DNA of 64,000 nt, from positions 64,001 through 128,000 of the forward strand of contig CAVSCK010000003.1 of NCBI GenBank assembly GCA_963726455.1, written 5' to 3'. Numbering within the stretch: the stretch's first letter is position 1; every line of letters begins with the position of its first letter. The translations under genes and the position numbers were made by a program. Shown piece after piece: positions 30,034 through 41,087 of this stretch. Origin of the DNA: an uncultured bacterium (GTDB lineage Bacteria; Zixibacteria; MSB-5A5; CAIYYT01). The notes beneath the pieces are model-generated. The model was not told where the DNA came from, did not search any database, and saw only the letters and a list, made by a program, of their open reading frames with translations.

Positions 30034-31707
30034 CTAGGTATTGATGAACCACTCGTTCGCCAGCCGTTCGGTGGCCTGGATGATTTCGCGGTCGCGTTCG
30101 TTGAAGGCGCCGCGCTCGATCAGCCCCTGAATGGCTTTGTGCAGGAGGATCATCTTGTCGCGAACGGGAATCAGCACCGGGTAGTATTCGCAGTTGAAGA
30201 AGATCTGGAAGCGACGGCGAAGTTTCTCGTCCTGCAGCATATTCGCGATACATTTTTCAAGTTCGCCCTCACAAAGCAGTTCGAGCTCTTCCTTCGGAGA
30301 GATCATCAACCGCGTGGTGTTTTCGATGCTTTCGCTGCATTTGAAGGCCATTTGCCAGCACTCGACCAAACCGAGCGAATTGACAACCAGTACGCTGACG
30401 CTGATGGTGTTGGTGGCAGCGTCGCTGCGCACACCGTACATAATCGGAACGAAGTAGTTGTCCGTGATTGCGCCAAAGGCACTGATGCCGCCGGCGAAGG
30501 GGTCATCGATGATGTCGTAAATGGTGAAGTAGGGTTTGCGCTCAAAACGAGCGTCCTGAATCATCATCAATTCCTCTTCCGAGAAATGGAACCGCTCGTT
30601 CCAGAGATCTTCCGGACTGAGATCTTTGCGAGTCAACGAAGACTGGCTGGTCAACATGCCAATGGCCTGGCCGCCACGCCAGACAAGAGGCAGAACACCG
30701 ACAGCCCATTCGGCGGAACCGCCGATTTCGCCGATCATCGAATGCAGGCCGCGGCCATCCGGGAAGGCGAGGCCTTCGAGGCCGAGAATCACGGCGGGCA
30801 ACAGGTCGCCGTCTTTGTCGAATGGCGTAAAGATGCCTGCCTTGTTAAGAGCATCCATTGCTGGATAGTGGCGCGCACGATCGAGAAAGTAGGTGCTGAG
30901 CTTGTCGACGCTCGGCAAGCCGTAGGCATACGAGATAATTTCGGCAGCTTCGGTGACACTAGTTTCGCCGGGATTGAATTCGTCGAAAGCGACGCCGGAT
31001 AGCCAGCGCTGGACGTAAATATCGGGCAGATGGCGTTTGACATTGGCTTCGGTCAGGAAGAGCGCGGTCAGACTGGAATGGGTGCCTTTGATGGACTTGC
31101 CGGTTCCGTCGATTACATCGTTACCCATCGATAGCAAAGTCACGTTCTTGGGCGTACGGAGGCCGTAGAGCGCGAGGTGTTCCTCTTTGCCAAATGCGGC
31201 GCCGACGCCGATCGTGGGATTACCACCCGCCTCGAGCCCCGGCTTAATGCGGACGCCTTCGGTGATGCGGGATTCGATCAGTACCTCTTCCCCAATCAAC
31301 AGGGATTCGGCGGTAGTCTGCAGGACTTCGGCCATAACCTGCGCGGCGGTGCGATCGTTGGCGCGTTTGAGATTGTTCTGAATTTCGGTTGTGACTTTAT
31401 CCTTGGGGACGTCGTTGAGACTTCCGCGGCCGTGGAGCCCGACGGCGATGGCTGACAGCGCCGCCGACAGGACGACCGACTGCCGAACCTTACGATTGCG
31501 CAGTGCGCCCAGGTTGGATTTGGCGTTGATGCGGTCTGACAAGGTAACGATTCTGCAGGATTCGAGCAGGATGTCGTAATTTCTGAGCACTGCGTGGTGT
31601 CTATGATTAAACTCGAGAATACGGTCTTTGTCGAAAGTAAGTTCCTTTTGCTTCCCGTGATAGGAGAGCCGTTGATCCGCCACGTTGGCTCGCAAGTTAT
31701 TCGGCAT
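30034..31707 (-). CDS. glpX: Class II fructose-1,6-bisphosphatase (GlpX)-like protein with N- and C-terminal extensions
   Basis: Colinear GlpX motifs KRANDRTAA, ITEG, NDVIDGT, DIY, DRARH, DGDL, IGGSAE, GAITD. Confidence 0.7.
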   Translation of the reverse strand: MPNNLRANVADQRLSYHGKQKELTFDKDRILEFNHRHHAVLRNYDILLESCRIVTLSDRINAKSNLGALRNRKVRQSVVLSAALSAIAVGLHGRGSLNDVPKDKVTTEIQNNLKRANDRTAAQVMAEVLQTTAESLLIGEEVLIESRITEGVRIKPGLEAGGNPTIGVGAAFGKEEHLALYGLRTPKNVTLLSMGNDVIDGTGKSIKGTHSSLTALFLTEANVKRHLPDIYVQRWLSGVAFDEFNPGETSVTEAAEIISYAYGLPSVDKLSTYFLDRARHYPAMDALNKAGIFTPFDKDGDLLPAVILGLEGLAFPDGRGLHSMIGEIGGSAEWAVGVLPLVWRGGQAIGMLTSQSSLTRKDLSPEDLWNERFHFSEEELMMIQDARFERKPYFTIYDIIDDPFAGGISAFGAITDNYFVPIMYGVRSDAATNTISVSVLVVNSLGLVECWQMAFKCSESIENTTRLMISPKEELELLCEGELEKCIANMLQDEKLRRRFQIFFNCEYYPVLIPVRDKMILLHKAIQGLIERGAFNERDREIIQATERLANEWFINT

Positions 31708-31775
31708 CGCGCACCTTCCTATTTCAGCCTGATTTCCACAACCATTAACAATGATCCAGAGTCATCTCAGGCCGC

Positions 31776-31803
31776 ATTATAAACTTATCGAGGAAATTCT
31801 CAA
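31776..31803 (-). promoter_or_regulatory. sigma70 promoter TTGAGA-N16-TATAAT
   Basis: Upstream of the glpX-like gene, which has an AGGAAGG SD. Confidence 0.6.
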
Positions 31804-31832
31804 GTAATAAGTTGAGTTGGGAATTCCGGCGG

Positions 31833-31862
31833 GATTGCTTCGTCGCTCCCTCTCTTCTCTCT
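31833..31862. repeat. GATTGCTTCGTCGCT REP-like element, truncated copy 2
   Basis: The left arm is identical to the copy at 57806 and is followed by a pyrimidine tract. Confidence 0.55.
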
Positions 31863-31891
31863 CCGACCCCTGCGGCAAGGCACAAATGCAA

Positions 31892-31921
31892 ACCGGGAGC
31901 TGCTTGGTAACAGCTCCCGGT
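31892..31921 (-). terminator. Hairpin terminator after the M4 peptidase gene
   Basis: ACCGGGAGCTG-N8-CAGCTCCCGGT 11-bp stem about 40 bp after the stop, with a short U-tract on the minus strand. Confidence 0.65.
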
Positions 31922-31963
31922 ATCCGCGTTAGGTTGCAAAGGACGCGGAGTTGGGGGTATTCT

Positions 31964-34900
31964 CTACTTACAGGTTCCGCACGGTGCGAGTCCGCCGCCG
32001 AAGATATACGTGATCAAGTAGACGGCATCGGAGATGTCAATATTGCCCGAACAATCGGCATCGCCGGCAAGGAGCGGCACTGGAGCTGGCCCACCTGCAA
32101 AGATGTAACCAATCACGTAGACCGCATCTGATATGTCTATCGAGTAGCCGCCATCGGCGTCGCCACAGACATAGACGTGAATTGAGAATAGTTTCTCACC
32201 CGCACTGCCGGTAGCGTCCACCACGCGAGCAGTGAAGTTTATTGCACCGAGAGTCGGCGGTGTACCTGAAATGAGACCGCTAGAGCTAAGTGTCAGGCCG
32301 GTACCGGCAAGATTATTGTTCTTGTCGGACCAGGTCTTTGCACCCGTGCCACCGTCACACGCAAGCTGTGCATAATAGATTCGGTTCTGTTTGCTGTCAG
32401 GAATGCTGGCTGTGGAAACGGTTATAGCCGGATTGAGCATGAAGGAGAAGACTCGGGTTTTGACATCTCCAACCTGATCGCTGACCTGGGCGGTAAACGA
32501 TATCTGACCGGAGACTGACGGTGTGCCCGACAGTGATCCGGCGGTCGAGAGTGTCAGACCGGTGCCGACGAGATTGCCGTTTAGGTCAGTCCAGACGCGG
32601 GTTCCGGTGCCACCGGTCGCCAGCAACTGCTGGCTATATGGACGGCCAACGGTCCAATCGGGAACGCTAGAGGACGTAATCGAGACGGCAGGGTTAATAT
32701 GGAAAGTAAGTGGTTTCTGGGAGGAACCACTGGCCTCATCTATAACCTTTGCGGTGAAAGTGATCGTACCGGTGCCAGAGGGAGTACCGGAAAGCAGACC
32801 GGTGGACGAAAGCGAGAGACCGGTTCCGACCAGTGTGCCGGAAAAGTCTGACCAGGTCAGAATGCCGGTGCCGCCCGACGCCACCAACTGCTGCGAATAT
32901 GGCACTCCGATCGTCCAATCGGGCAGAGAGTTGGTCGTGATCTGTAAGGAAGAACCGCATTGGTAGGCGGTCACCGTGAAGGCATCTATAGCGGCTTCAA
33001 CCACGGAGCCGGCGCCGAGATCGTCAGCCAGGAAACGCATCTTGATCTGACTGGTGGGGGTGACAAAATCGTTCACCCAGAAGGTGTGAACATTCCAGCC
33101 GCCGGAAGCTTGATCGGTCGGACCGACAGTTTCCACCAAAACCCAGCTGGCGCCACCATCATTGGAAATGTAGATCTTGAATGTGTCCTCGTATGGCGCC
33201 GCGCCGAAACTGTTGGAATACCAGCGCGCGTAGGAGATCTTCGCCAACCCGGCTGCGGACAGATCAAGCACGGGCGAATAGAGAGTCGTGGCGCCGCCAT
33301 CGACGTCGGAGTCGCCTCCGGCATTGCCGGTCAGGTAACACTGGCCGGAAGCATCGTAGTCACTTGTCGGGTCACCTCGAGATCCGCCCCCTGCCGGTAT
33401 GCCGCGTTCCCAGATACCATTTGTTGCGGTGCTGGATACGGTCCAACCGGTAGCTTCCTCGAAATTATCAGAGAAGGCAGTGACGCTGGACGCGGCTGAG
33501 ATTGCCGAGAACGGCTGCAACGGATCGGGGTCGTATTTAATACCCGAAGTCACCTCGTTGGCGCTGAAATAAAAGTTGATTCTGCTGTTGCAGCTAAGCG
33601 CGGGCAGCGTGGCAGTGTAGTGGCCGGGGAGGCCTTCGGTCATAACGTCGTTGACGTACGCATCGCCGTCAATCGAATAATGGATTCGACCACTGCCGGC
33701 AACCGGGACACCGCCCAGTGTGCCGGTAACCAGGACAGAAACTGGCGTGGTTTGGTTCGGGGTCACGATTGAAGGAACGCCACTGGGATAGCTGAAAGCA
33801 AGTGACGGTCCGGGGGTCGAAACACCAACGGCATTCCAGGCGTTGGCGACACTGTTTGTCCACGCACCGCCGGGATTAAGGTCGTTAGCGGCGGAAAGAG
33901 TTCCCAGTGCGGCCTGGTGGTAGTCTGTGGATGAAGTCCAGTAGAAGGCGTTGGCCCGGTAGGCAATTAGAATCGCATTGGCGGGACCAATTCCGCTGAC
34001 TGAGACGCCGTGGAAGAGACCGCCATCGGAAAGGAGGTAGTACCATTTGTTGCCTACGCCGCTATTGTTGTGAACGCCGCAGTAGTCATTCCAGGGGCTG
34101 GGAGAGCAATTGACAACGTCGGTCCAATAAGGATCGGACGGTCCGTAGTAGTCAGGGTTGCTGTAGAGATGGGGATCTGACATCGAACGGAACGGCACAC
34201 CTGTAGTTCTACCATTTTCGCCCATGCCCCAATCAGGGACATCCATCGTGTCATGCGCCCACTCAAAGGCGGCGCCCATCATGTCGGAGAAGGATTCGTT
34301 GAGAGCACCCGGCTCTTTTTCGTAAACGAGACCTGATTCATGCTCGGTGATTGCATGGCCCCACTCGTGGGCAATAACGTCAGGACAACCGGCAAGTGAG
34401 CGCCAACCGGAGGAGAAACTCCAGATAACGATACGCTGGCCGTCCCAGTAGGCGTTGTTGTCGCCTTCGGCGGAGTAGTTGACGACGGTCAACATTGATG
34501 CGCCAAGACCATCGTAGCCGTTGCGATTAAATACCTGCAGCCACCAGTCATAGCAGAGAGCAGAGTAAACCTGGCCGTCGACGGCGGGGGCTTGCGTGCT
34601 GGCGTTCCAAACGTTATCGGGGTCAACAGCTATGGAACCGGGAAGCGATGTTGTGGCAGTGTTGCATTGCAGATAGTTTCCTGCCGGCATCTGGCCGTTG
34701 TGGCCGTGAACATTATTGGTAGTCTGGCGAGTGTTATCTTTCATCTGATAACTGGCGCCGTTGAGATCGGTGTCGATATGATTGCGGGCGGCTCCCATGA
34801 CGCCGACACCGGTGCCAACCGCGGCGGAGTTCATGATGCGATTGGCTTTGTAAATTGATAGCGCCGTCGGTGGCGTTGACAAAGTATTCCCAACGTCCAT

Positions 34901-35507
34901 CGGGTGTGTCGGACGTGAGAAACATGCGCCAGGCGAGATAGTTCTTGCCCTCCCAGGGGAAGATGACCAACTCTGGTTCGTTAGGGTTGCCCTTGCCAAA
35001 GAAGGACACCAGATCGGCACTGGCCGCAGCGATTGCACCCTGCGAAGTCACCTGCGGTGTGGTTCCCAAATTGATCTCGGATTCAAAATGGCCGTTGACA
35101 GTCTTGAGAATGCCGTCGGCAGTGAAGTGAGCAATCAGTTCGCCACCGATTACCTTCAGGCCTTTGTAGCGCTGATCGAGGCGGACGTGTCTCATACCAA
35201 GATCATCCTGCTTGACGCTGCGAACATTGAGTTCTTCGGAAGCGTTGACTATGCGGAAGGCAGCGCGATTGGTCTGCAGGAAAGAGATGGCGGCTTGTGC
35301 CTCCTGACCAGCGGGAACCCGTGCCGAGAGTGTTCCCTCGACATACTGGGCGACGGCTTTTGAATCTTCGTTGTATACTTTGACCGCGGGATTGCCACGG
35401 AGTAGATTGGGGCCCCACACTTGCTCCTCGTTTTGAGCGGACAAAAGCTGGCCGGCCAAAAGGATGAGCATTCCAAGGATTAAAAATAACCCTCGCAGTG
35501 ACTTCAT
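31964..35507 (-). CDS. Secreted M4 (thermolysin-like) metallopeptidase with propeptide, Ig-like repeats and a C-terminal dockerin; frameshift near 34855
   Basis: Signal peptide plus FTP/PepSY propeptide (34734..35621 frame); NNAYW, HEWGH, GALNESFSD, VHNNSG; three LTLSSxGxLSGTP repeats; two GDAD..IDISDAVY dockerin repeats. Confidence 0.9.
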
Positions 35508-35680
35508 TATTCCTCCTAAGACGATAGAATTGGGCACTGTGGTACCTGTTGCAGTATGACCCGTTAGGGTGCGGAAATTATTTGCTCGGTAACAAGTTAT
35601 GCGGAAAAACGCTTCTGTCAACGGCTTTTTGGCGGATTGTGAGGAGAATGGCTTGAAAGGGACAATTCTGGAGGAAATTC

Positions 35681-36325
35681 TTAGAATTTCAGACTCGCGA
35701 CGTAGGCCGGCATATCCGCCGCCTTGAACAGCGAACTGCCTGACACGAGGATATCAACCCCAGCCGACTTCGCGACAGGTGCGGATTCAAGATTAACGCC
35801 GCCGTCTATCGAGATCTCGTACTTGTTGCCGAGCTGTTCACGCCAACTGACGGCCGTAGCGACCTTGCCCAGCACGGAGGGAATGAATTTCTGGCCGCCG
35901 AAACCCGCGAAGACCGACATGACAAGGAACAAGTCGAGATGGCTGAATAGCGGACGGTAGTTCTCGATCAGCGCATCGGGATTAAGCGACATACCGGCCT
36001 TGACACCGCGCGCGCGAATCCTGTCTAACAGCGTCGGATCGGTCTTGATGACTTCGCCGTGCACGGTGAGGAAGTCGGCACCGGCGTCAATGTAGGTGTC
36101 GATGTATTTTTCAGGGTTGGATATCATCAGGTGGACATCCAGAGGCAGTTCCGAGATGCGGTTGATCTGTTCGACGATAAACGGGCCGATCGTGAGATTG
36201 GGAACGAAGTGGCCGTCCATGACATCGATGTGGAGACGGTCGACACCGGCCGCTTCGACCAGGCGAATTTGATCGGCCAGATGCAGGAAATCCGCGGACA
36301 AGAGCGAGGCGGCAACCAGGGTCAT
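35681..36325 (-). CDS. rpe: Ribulose-phosphate 3-epimerase
   Basis: SLLSADF, HIDVMDGHFVPN, DVHLM, GFGGQKF, IDGG. Confidence 0.97.
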   Translation of the reverse strand: MTLVAASLLSADFLHLADQIRLVEAAGVDRLHIDVMDGHFVPNLTIGPFIVEQINRISELPLDVHLMISNPEKYIDTYIDAGADFLTVHGEVIKTDPTLLDRIRARGVKAGMSLNPDALIENYRPLFSHLDLFLVMSVFAGFGGQKFIPSVLGKVATAVSWREQLGNKYEISIDGGVNLESAPVAKSAGVDILVSGSSLFKAADMPAYVASLKF

Positions 36326-36327
36326 GA

Positions 36328-37074
36328 TCAGTCAGTCTCCGAAATTACGAGCCGCACCGAATCACCGCGCGCCAGCGGCGCGTTGCGGGCGGGCAGTTGA
36401 TCGAGCACAGTGTTGGGCAGATACAGAGTATCCTTAACTTTCGAGATTTCAGAGATGCCGAGACTGAGGCCGTCCAGGAGGGCGCGAGCCCGGTCCAAAG
36501 GCATGCCGATCAATTGCGGCATGTAAACTGTGGCGCCTTCACCGCTTTGATTGACTGCCAGCGAGACTTTGCTTCCCAGCGGGAGCGGCGTGCCGCGCGT
36601 GGGGATGGATTCGATGACGGCATTCGCGGGCAAGGTGTCGGCGCGGCTGTAATAGGTTTCGCCCACAGCGAAACCGGCTTTCTGGAGAGTAAGAATCGCA
36701 TCCTGCAGGGGCAGTCCGCTGACATCGGGAACCTCGGCGACACGCACACCCGCGGAAATAACGACTTTTACGCTGCGGCCAGATTTCACGGGCATACCTG
36801 CCTCGGGGAGCTGGCTGAGAACTATGCCTTCGGGCCTGGATGCCGAGAATTCCCGGCCGGCAACTTGCAGGGTCAAGTCACGCTGCTGCAGTATTTGCTG
36901 TGCCTCAGACTCTGATTTCCCCACGATTTCAGGCAACGGAAATTCGCGGTTGTGGCGCGTGAAGACCGGCATGGCAATCAGGTCGAAGAGCAGGAACAGC
37001 AGCCACAGGGCAAGAACTGGAACAATAAAGTAAGTGAGAACCGGTTTCCAATATCTCTCAACTAGAGGCGACAT
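36328..37074 (-). CDS. PASTA-domain membrane protein (three PASTA repeats)
   Basis: N-terminal TM, then LPEIVG / VPDVSG / MPQLIG repeats. Confidence 0.9.
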   Translation of the reverse strand: MSPLVERYWKPVLTYFIVPVLALWLLFLLFDLIAMPVFTRHNREFPLPEIVGKSESEAQQILQQRDLTLQVAGREFSASRPEGIVLSQLPEAGMPVKSGRSVKVVISAGVRVAEVPDVSGLPLQDAILTLQKAGFAVGETYYSRADTLPANAVIESIPTRGTPLPLGSKVSLAVNQSGEGATVYMPQLIGMPLDRARALLDGLSLGISEISKVKDTLYLPNTVLDQLPARNAPLARGDSVRLVISETD

Positions 37075-37091
37075 CTGTCAGGCAGCGACTG

Positions 37092-38444
37092 TTATTGTTT
37101 CCGTCTTAGGCAGGCGGCAAAAAGATTGTCGAAATACTTGAGTCCCGGATAAGTGCGCAGCAGAAGATCCTCGCCGATAACATCCTTGTGCTTGAACCAT
37201 TCGGGAGCGACTAATTCAAAATCAGGATGTTCGTTGAGGAAGCGTTCGATGACGTAATCATTCTCGGCGCGCAACACAGAGCAGGTGGAATAGACGAGGA
37301 CGCCGTCCGGCGCCAAAAGGCGCGCGGCATTAGCGAGCAAGCTGCACTGAAGCACGGCGAAGCGGCCCACATCTTCCGGCGTGGTTATCCAACGGCCTTC
37401 AGGAAATTTGCGGAAAACACCACTTCCCGAACAAGGCGCGTCAACGAGAATCTTGTTATACTGGCCTGAGCCGAATTTTATGCCATCACTCTGGACTGTC
37501 AGAACATTTTCAATTACCAGCCGCCGGAGATTATCGCGGAGCAGATTCAGCCGCGTTTCGGATACGTCGACGGCAGTGACTTTGCCTTCCGGACCGACGC
37601 GTGCGGCGATATCGGTAGTTTTTCCACCGGGCGCGGCGCAAAGGTCAAGGACAGTATCGTTGGGCTGTGGATTGAGCAATTCGACAACCAAACCGCAGGC
37701 CTCGTTCTGGATGATGAACTTGCCGGAGTCGAAGCCGGGCAGTTGCGTCGGATTGGAGTCAGAAATGATATGGATGAAGTTCTTCAGGAACTTCCCCTGC
37801 TTGAAACGAATATTCATCTTCTGGAGCTTGGCAAGATACTGCTTGATGAATTCGGCGTCGTCCACAAGTCGAATCTGCAGCGGCTGCGGCTCATTGCCGT
37901 TGCGCAGGTATTTCTCGACCACCGGCTCGGGGAAGTAGTTCATAAGTTCCTTTACGAACCAGATCGGATAAGAATAGTACTGCGTCAGGTAGTTGAGCAT
38001 GTCAACACGCAGTTCTTCGAAGGTCAGCGTGGCAATATTCTGCGCAATGTTCTTGAGCACCGCGTTGACCATCGCCTCGGCGCCGGGGGTAAACTTTTTG
38101 GCCAAATTGACAGTCTCGTTCACGGCGGCGTAATGCGGTATGTTGCACTCCGGCAAGAGCTGGAAGCAGCCGAGCCGCAGAATTGTGATCAGCGAATCGG
38201 AATGTGAGGTTAGTTTCTTGCGCAGATACTTGGACAGAATAAGGTCAAGCCGCTTCTGCATTTTGATCGTGCCGGAGACCAGATAGATAGCCAGATTGAG
38301 ATCGAAGCGACCTCGGAAATTCGTCTGTTTGAGATTGGCGAACTCATTCTGGAAAGTGTCGGGGTCGCGTCGGGCCAGCATCAGGACGCGATAGGCCTCT
38401 TCACGCGGGGTTACCGGCTGCTGCTGCGGTTGAGTATCGGGCAT
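37092..38444 (-). CDS. rsmB: 16S rRNA m5C967 methyltransferase (Sun/RsmB)
   Basis: NusB-like N-terminus; LDLCAAPGGKT, DAPCSGSG, YSTCS. Confidence 0.93.
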   Translation of the reverse strand: MPDTQPQQQPVTPREEAYRVLMLARRDPDTFQNEFANLKQTNFRGRFDLNLAIYLVSGTIKMQKRLDLILSKYLRKKLTSHSDSLITILRLGCFQLLPECNIPHYAAVNETVNLAKKFTPGAEAMVNAVLKNIAQNIATLTFEELRVDMLNYLTQYYSYPIWFVKELMNYFPEPVVEKYLRNGNEPQPLQIRLVDDAEFIKQYLAKLQKMNIRFKQGKFLKNFIHIISDSNPTQLPGFDSGKFIIQNEACGLVVELLNPQPNDTVLDLCAAPGGKTTDIAARVGPEGKVTAVDVSETRLNLLRDNLRRLVIENVLTVQSDGIKFGSGQYNKILVDAPCSGSGVFRKFPEGRWITTPEDVGRFAVLQCSLLANAARLLAPDGVLVYSTCSVLRAENDYVIERFLNEHPDFELVAPEWFKHKDVIGEDLLLRTYPGLKYFDNLFAACLRRKQ

Positions 38445-41011
38445 CAGTCTACCTCAAAAGGTGTCAGGCGTCTGCCGGCAACATCGACGAGGAGTTGCGT
38501 ACGGCAAACCCGCATGGGCAACAATGTCTGCGGCGACAGGTGAAAGCATTGCCCCAAAATCTCTTCGGGTTTAACGAACCCGAGATTGCCCATTGCCAAT
38601 TCCATATATATGATATTTATGCCTTCGGACAAGCGAAGTTCGATTTTCATAACAGATTTTCTGATATCGGTTTCCACGGTATTTTCGGCCTTCGTTCTGC
38701 TTATCAGAATCGTATCTTGAGCCAGAAGTTCCTCCACCATCTCAGATGTAATAATCGCTGGGTCGGCCAACGTCACTTCATAACAGGCGACATTAACCAG
38801 ACTTGATAGCGAGCTTGCTTTGCCGAGGATTGTTTTCCCCTTGCTGATCTTGAATCCGGGCGGCAACGCTTGATTCAATTTTGGAAGCATCTCCTGTTGA
38901 AAAGGTGTTTCCAATTGCACGTCAAGATACTCTGCCTGAGATGTATATCCAAGCGTCAAAGGGGGCCCGAAAGCAAGTTTTTGCCGGGGATGAACTCCCT
39001 GGGTATAGCCAACCGGCAGGTCAGCACGGCGGATAGCCCTCTCAAAAACGCGCATAGTAGCCAGATGCCCGACGAAACGGGCCGGTTCCTCTTTTGACCA
39101 ATTTAATCTCAAACGACTGCGCGGCACCACCATGCTGATGGCCTCGGCTTTGCGCTTCGGCTTACGGCCGAAAGAGCCCGCGGACGAAAGCACCGGAGCC
39201 AGAATTTGATCGGCAAGTTCGGGCTTCAGCATAATCAAGTCGCCGAGTTTGAAGCCGCCGGAAGTTCTCGCCGGCGCTTCGATGCGCAAGGATTCCTGCA
39301 TCTCCCGCGCCAGTTGGGCGCGACCTGCGCTCTTCTCGATGTGATCCCAGGGGAGGAGTTGGTTGAGTTCGCGGCGACAGGTGGCCGCGCCCATCTGCAA
39401 TCCGACTTCCGCAAAAGCCGACTGCCAGCGCACAAAATCAAAGTGCTCGGCAGACTTGTCGAACCGACAGCCAAGTTCAAACGCTCTCTGGATGGCGCGG
39501 CCTGTGCGGCGGTCGCCTCTGGCAATAGCACCCTCAAGATAGGCCGGTTCGGCGGTGACGTGGCTCACCTGGATGTTTCGGCCACGCAGGCGGCGGCGCA
39601 AATAGTCGACGCGACTCAAATAGTCGTCGATGGTTAGCTGCGGCTCCCATTGCCAGTGAGTGTGGGCCTTAGGAATAAAGGGAGACAAAGCAACCTGAAA
39701 CGATGCCTTACCACCATATTCGTTTGAAATTTCGAGGCAGTTGCGTACCACAGCGACTATTTCGTCAATGTCTGCCTGAGATTCGGCCGGCAGACCTACG
39801 GTAAAATATAGCTTCAACGTCTGCCAACCGGCTCCGATGGCGTTGGCGACGACCTGATAGAATTCGTCGATAGAGAGAAACCTCCCCATGACTTCGCGCA
39901 GGCGGTCGCTGCCGCTTTCCAACAGGAACGAGAGGTTGGGTTTGCCACAGGCCGCCGAGAGTTTTCTGACCGCTTCGAGAGTACGCAAACTGGGTTTCAA
40001 GGGCGGCAAATTGACCCGCACCTGTTTGTCGCGGAGTCGTTCCGAGAGCGCCTCGACGAGTTGGTCAAAGTGCCGGTAGTCCGACGAACAGTTGGCCAAG
40101 AGACTAAGTTCGCTGAATCCGGTGAGACTCAAGACGCGCTGGATGTCATTTGCCAATTCAACGGCGTTCTTTCCCGTCGAGCCAGTGATTGCCGGACAGA
40201 ACCTACAGTTGTGGCCTGCGCCCGGCACCAGTGGTACTGCCAGATGGTCGTGGCTGATTTCCTCAAACGGGACGATCGGCATTTCCAGGTCCGACTTGGA
40301 GCTTGGCTGAGTCACTGCGCCGGCAACATGAGCGGGTGGAGCATCATCCGTCTTCACCACTTCCGTCAACTTGTCGCCTTCGTAATGCGCTTCATAGAAA
40401 CGCGGGACATAGATGCCTTTGATCTGTGACAGCTTGCGGAGCAGTTCCGCACGGGAAGCAGCGGCGAGCTTATTTATGGTCTCAATCATCATTGTTGAGA
40501 CGGCATCGAAATCGGCGAGAATTACGAAGTCGACAAAATCGGCAATCGGTTCGGGGTTGAAACAGGGCGGCACGAGAGCGCCGACCAGCGGCGCAGAATC
40601 ATTCCGGTCTCTGCCGCAGAGTTCGAGGTGAGCCAAGTCAAGAATGTTCAGGAAATTTGTCAGGCAGAGTTCGCCGGGAATCAGGGCCAGGATCAAATCA
40701 AAGTCGGCGACAGGACTGAATGATTCCATCGAGAACAAGGGCAGGCGTTTGTCGCGCAAGATCTGCTCGGCGTCGGAGTCGGGCGCAAATACGCGCTCAC
40801 AAGCGGCTGATTCGGCAGCGTTCATTCCCCGGTAGGCAGCATGCAATGCCGTGCTGCTCATGCCCTGATCGTAAGAGTCGCAATACGCGAGAGCGATGTG
40901 GATGCTAACTTGGCCAGATTTGTGGACAGAGCCCAACTCGCTACCGACGTAGCGTGCCGGTCGGTTGATAAAGGGGAAGAAACCTGTTTCCAGCAGGGAC
41001 TTAAGACTCAT
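38444..41011 (-). CDS. TIGR03960-type radical SAM protein fused to a TIGR03936/DUF2344 domain
   Basis: RPARYVGSE, CERVFAP, NPEPIADF, KLYFTVGLP, PFIPKAHT, LPWDHI; C-terminal RFVGHL..FERAIRRA..HPRQKLAFGPPL. Confidence 0.82.
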   Translation of the reverse strand: MSLKSLLETGFFPFINRPARYVGSELGSVHKSGQVSIHIALAYCDSYDQGMSSTALHAAYRGMNAAESAACERVFAPDSDAEQILRDKRLPLFSMESFSPVADFDLILALIPGELCLTNFLNILDLAHLELCGRDRNDSAPLVGALVPPCFNPEPIADFVDFVILADFDAVSTMMIETINKLAAASRAELLRKLSQIKGIYVPRFYEAHYEGDKLTEVVKTDDAPPAHVAGAVTQPSSKSDLEMPIVPFEEISHDHLAVPLVPGAGHNCRFCPAITGSTGKNAVELANDIQRVLSLTGFSELSLLANCSSDYRHFDQLVEALSERLRDKQVRVNLPPLKPSLRTLEAVRKLSAACGKPNLSFLLESGSDRLREVMGRFLSIDEFYQVVANAIGAGWQTLKLYFTVGLPAESQADIDEIVAVVRNCLEISNEYGGKASFQVALSPFIPKAHTHWQWEPQLTIDDYLSRVDYLRRRLRGRNIQVSHVTAEPAYLEGAIARGDRRTGRAIQRAFELGCRFDKSAEHFDFVRWQSAFAEVGLQMGAATCRRELNQLLPWDHIEKSAGRAQLAREMQESLRIEAPARTSGGFKLGDLIMLKPELADQILAPVLSSAGSFGRKPKRKAEAISMVVPRSRLRLNWSKEEPARFVGHLATMRVFERAIRRADLPVGYTQGVHPRQKLAFGPPLTLGYTSQAEYLDVQLETPFQQEMLPKLNQALPPGFKISKGKTILGKASSLSSLVNVACYEVTLADPAIITSEMVEELLAQDTILISRTKAENTVETDIRKSVMKIELRLSEGINIIYMELAMGNLGFVKPEEILGQCFHLSPQTLLPMRVCRTQLLVDVAGRRLTPFEVD

Positions 41012-41087
41012 GCCAGACACACCAACCCCAAAGTCGGGGGATTGAACCCCGATTGAACGTACTTGATCAAATCCCGTTGTAAGGGAC

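Noticed and set aside
32200-32940. DNA repeats inside the M4 peptidase gene as a diversity-generating or mobile element
   Set aside because: Explained by three diverged Ig-like protein repeats; there is no reverse transcriptase or template-repeat pattern.
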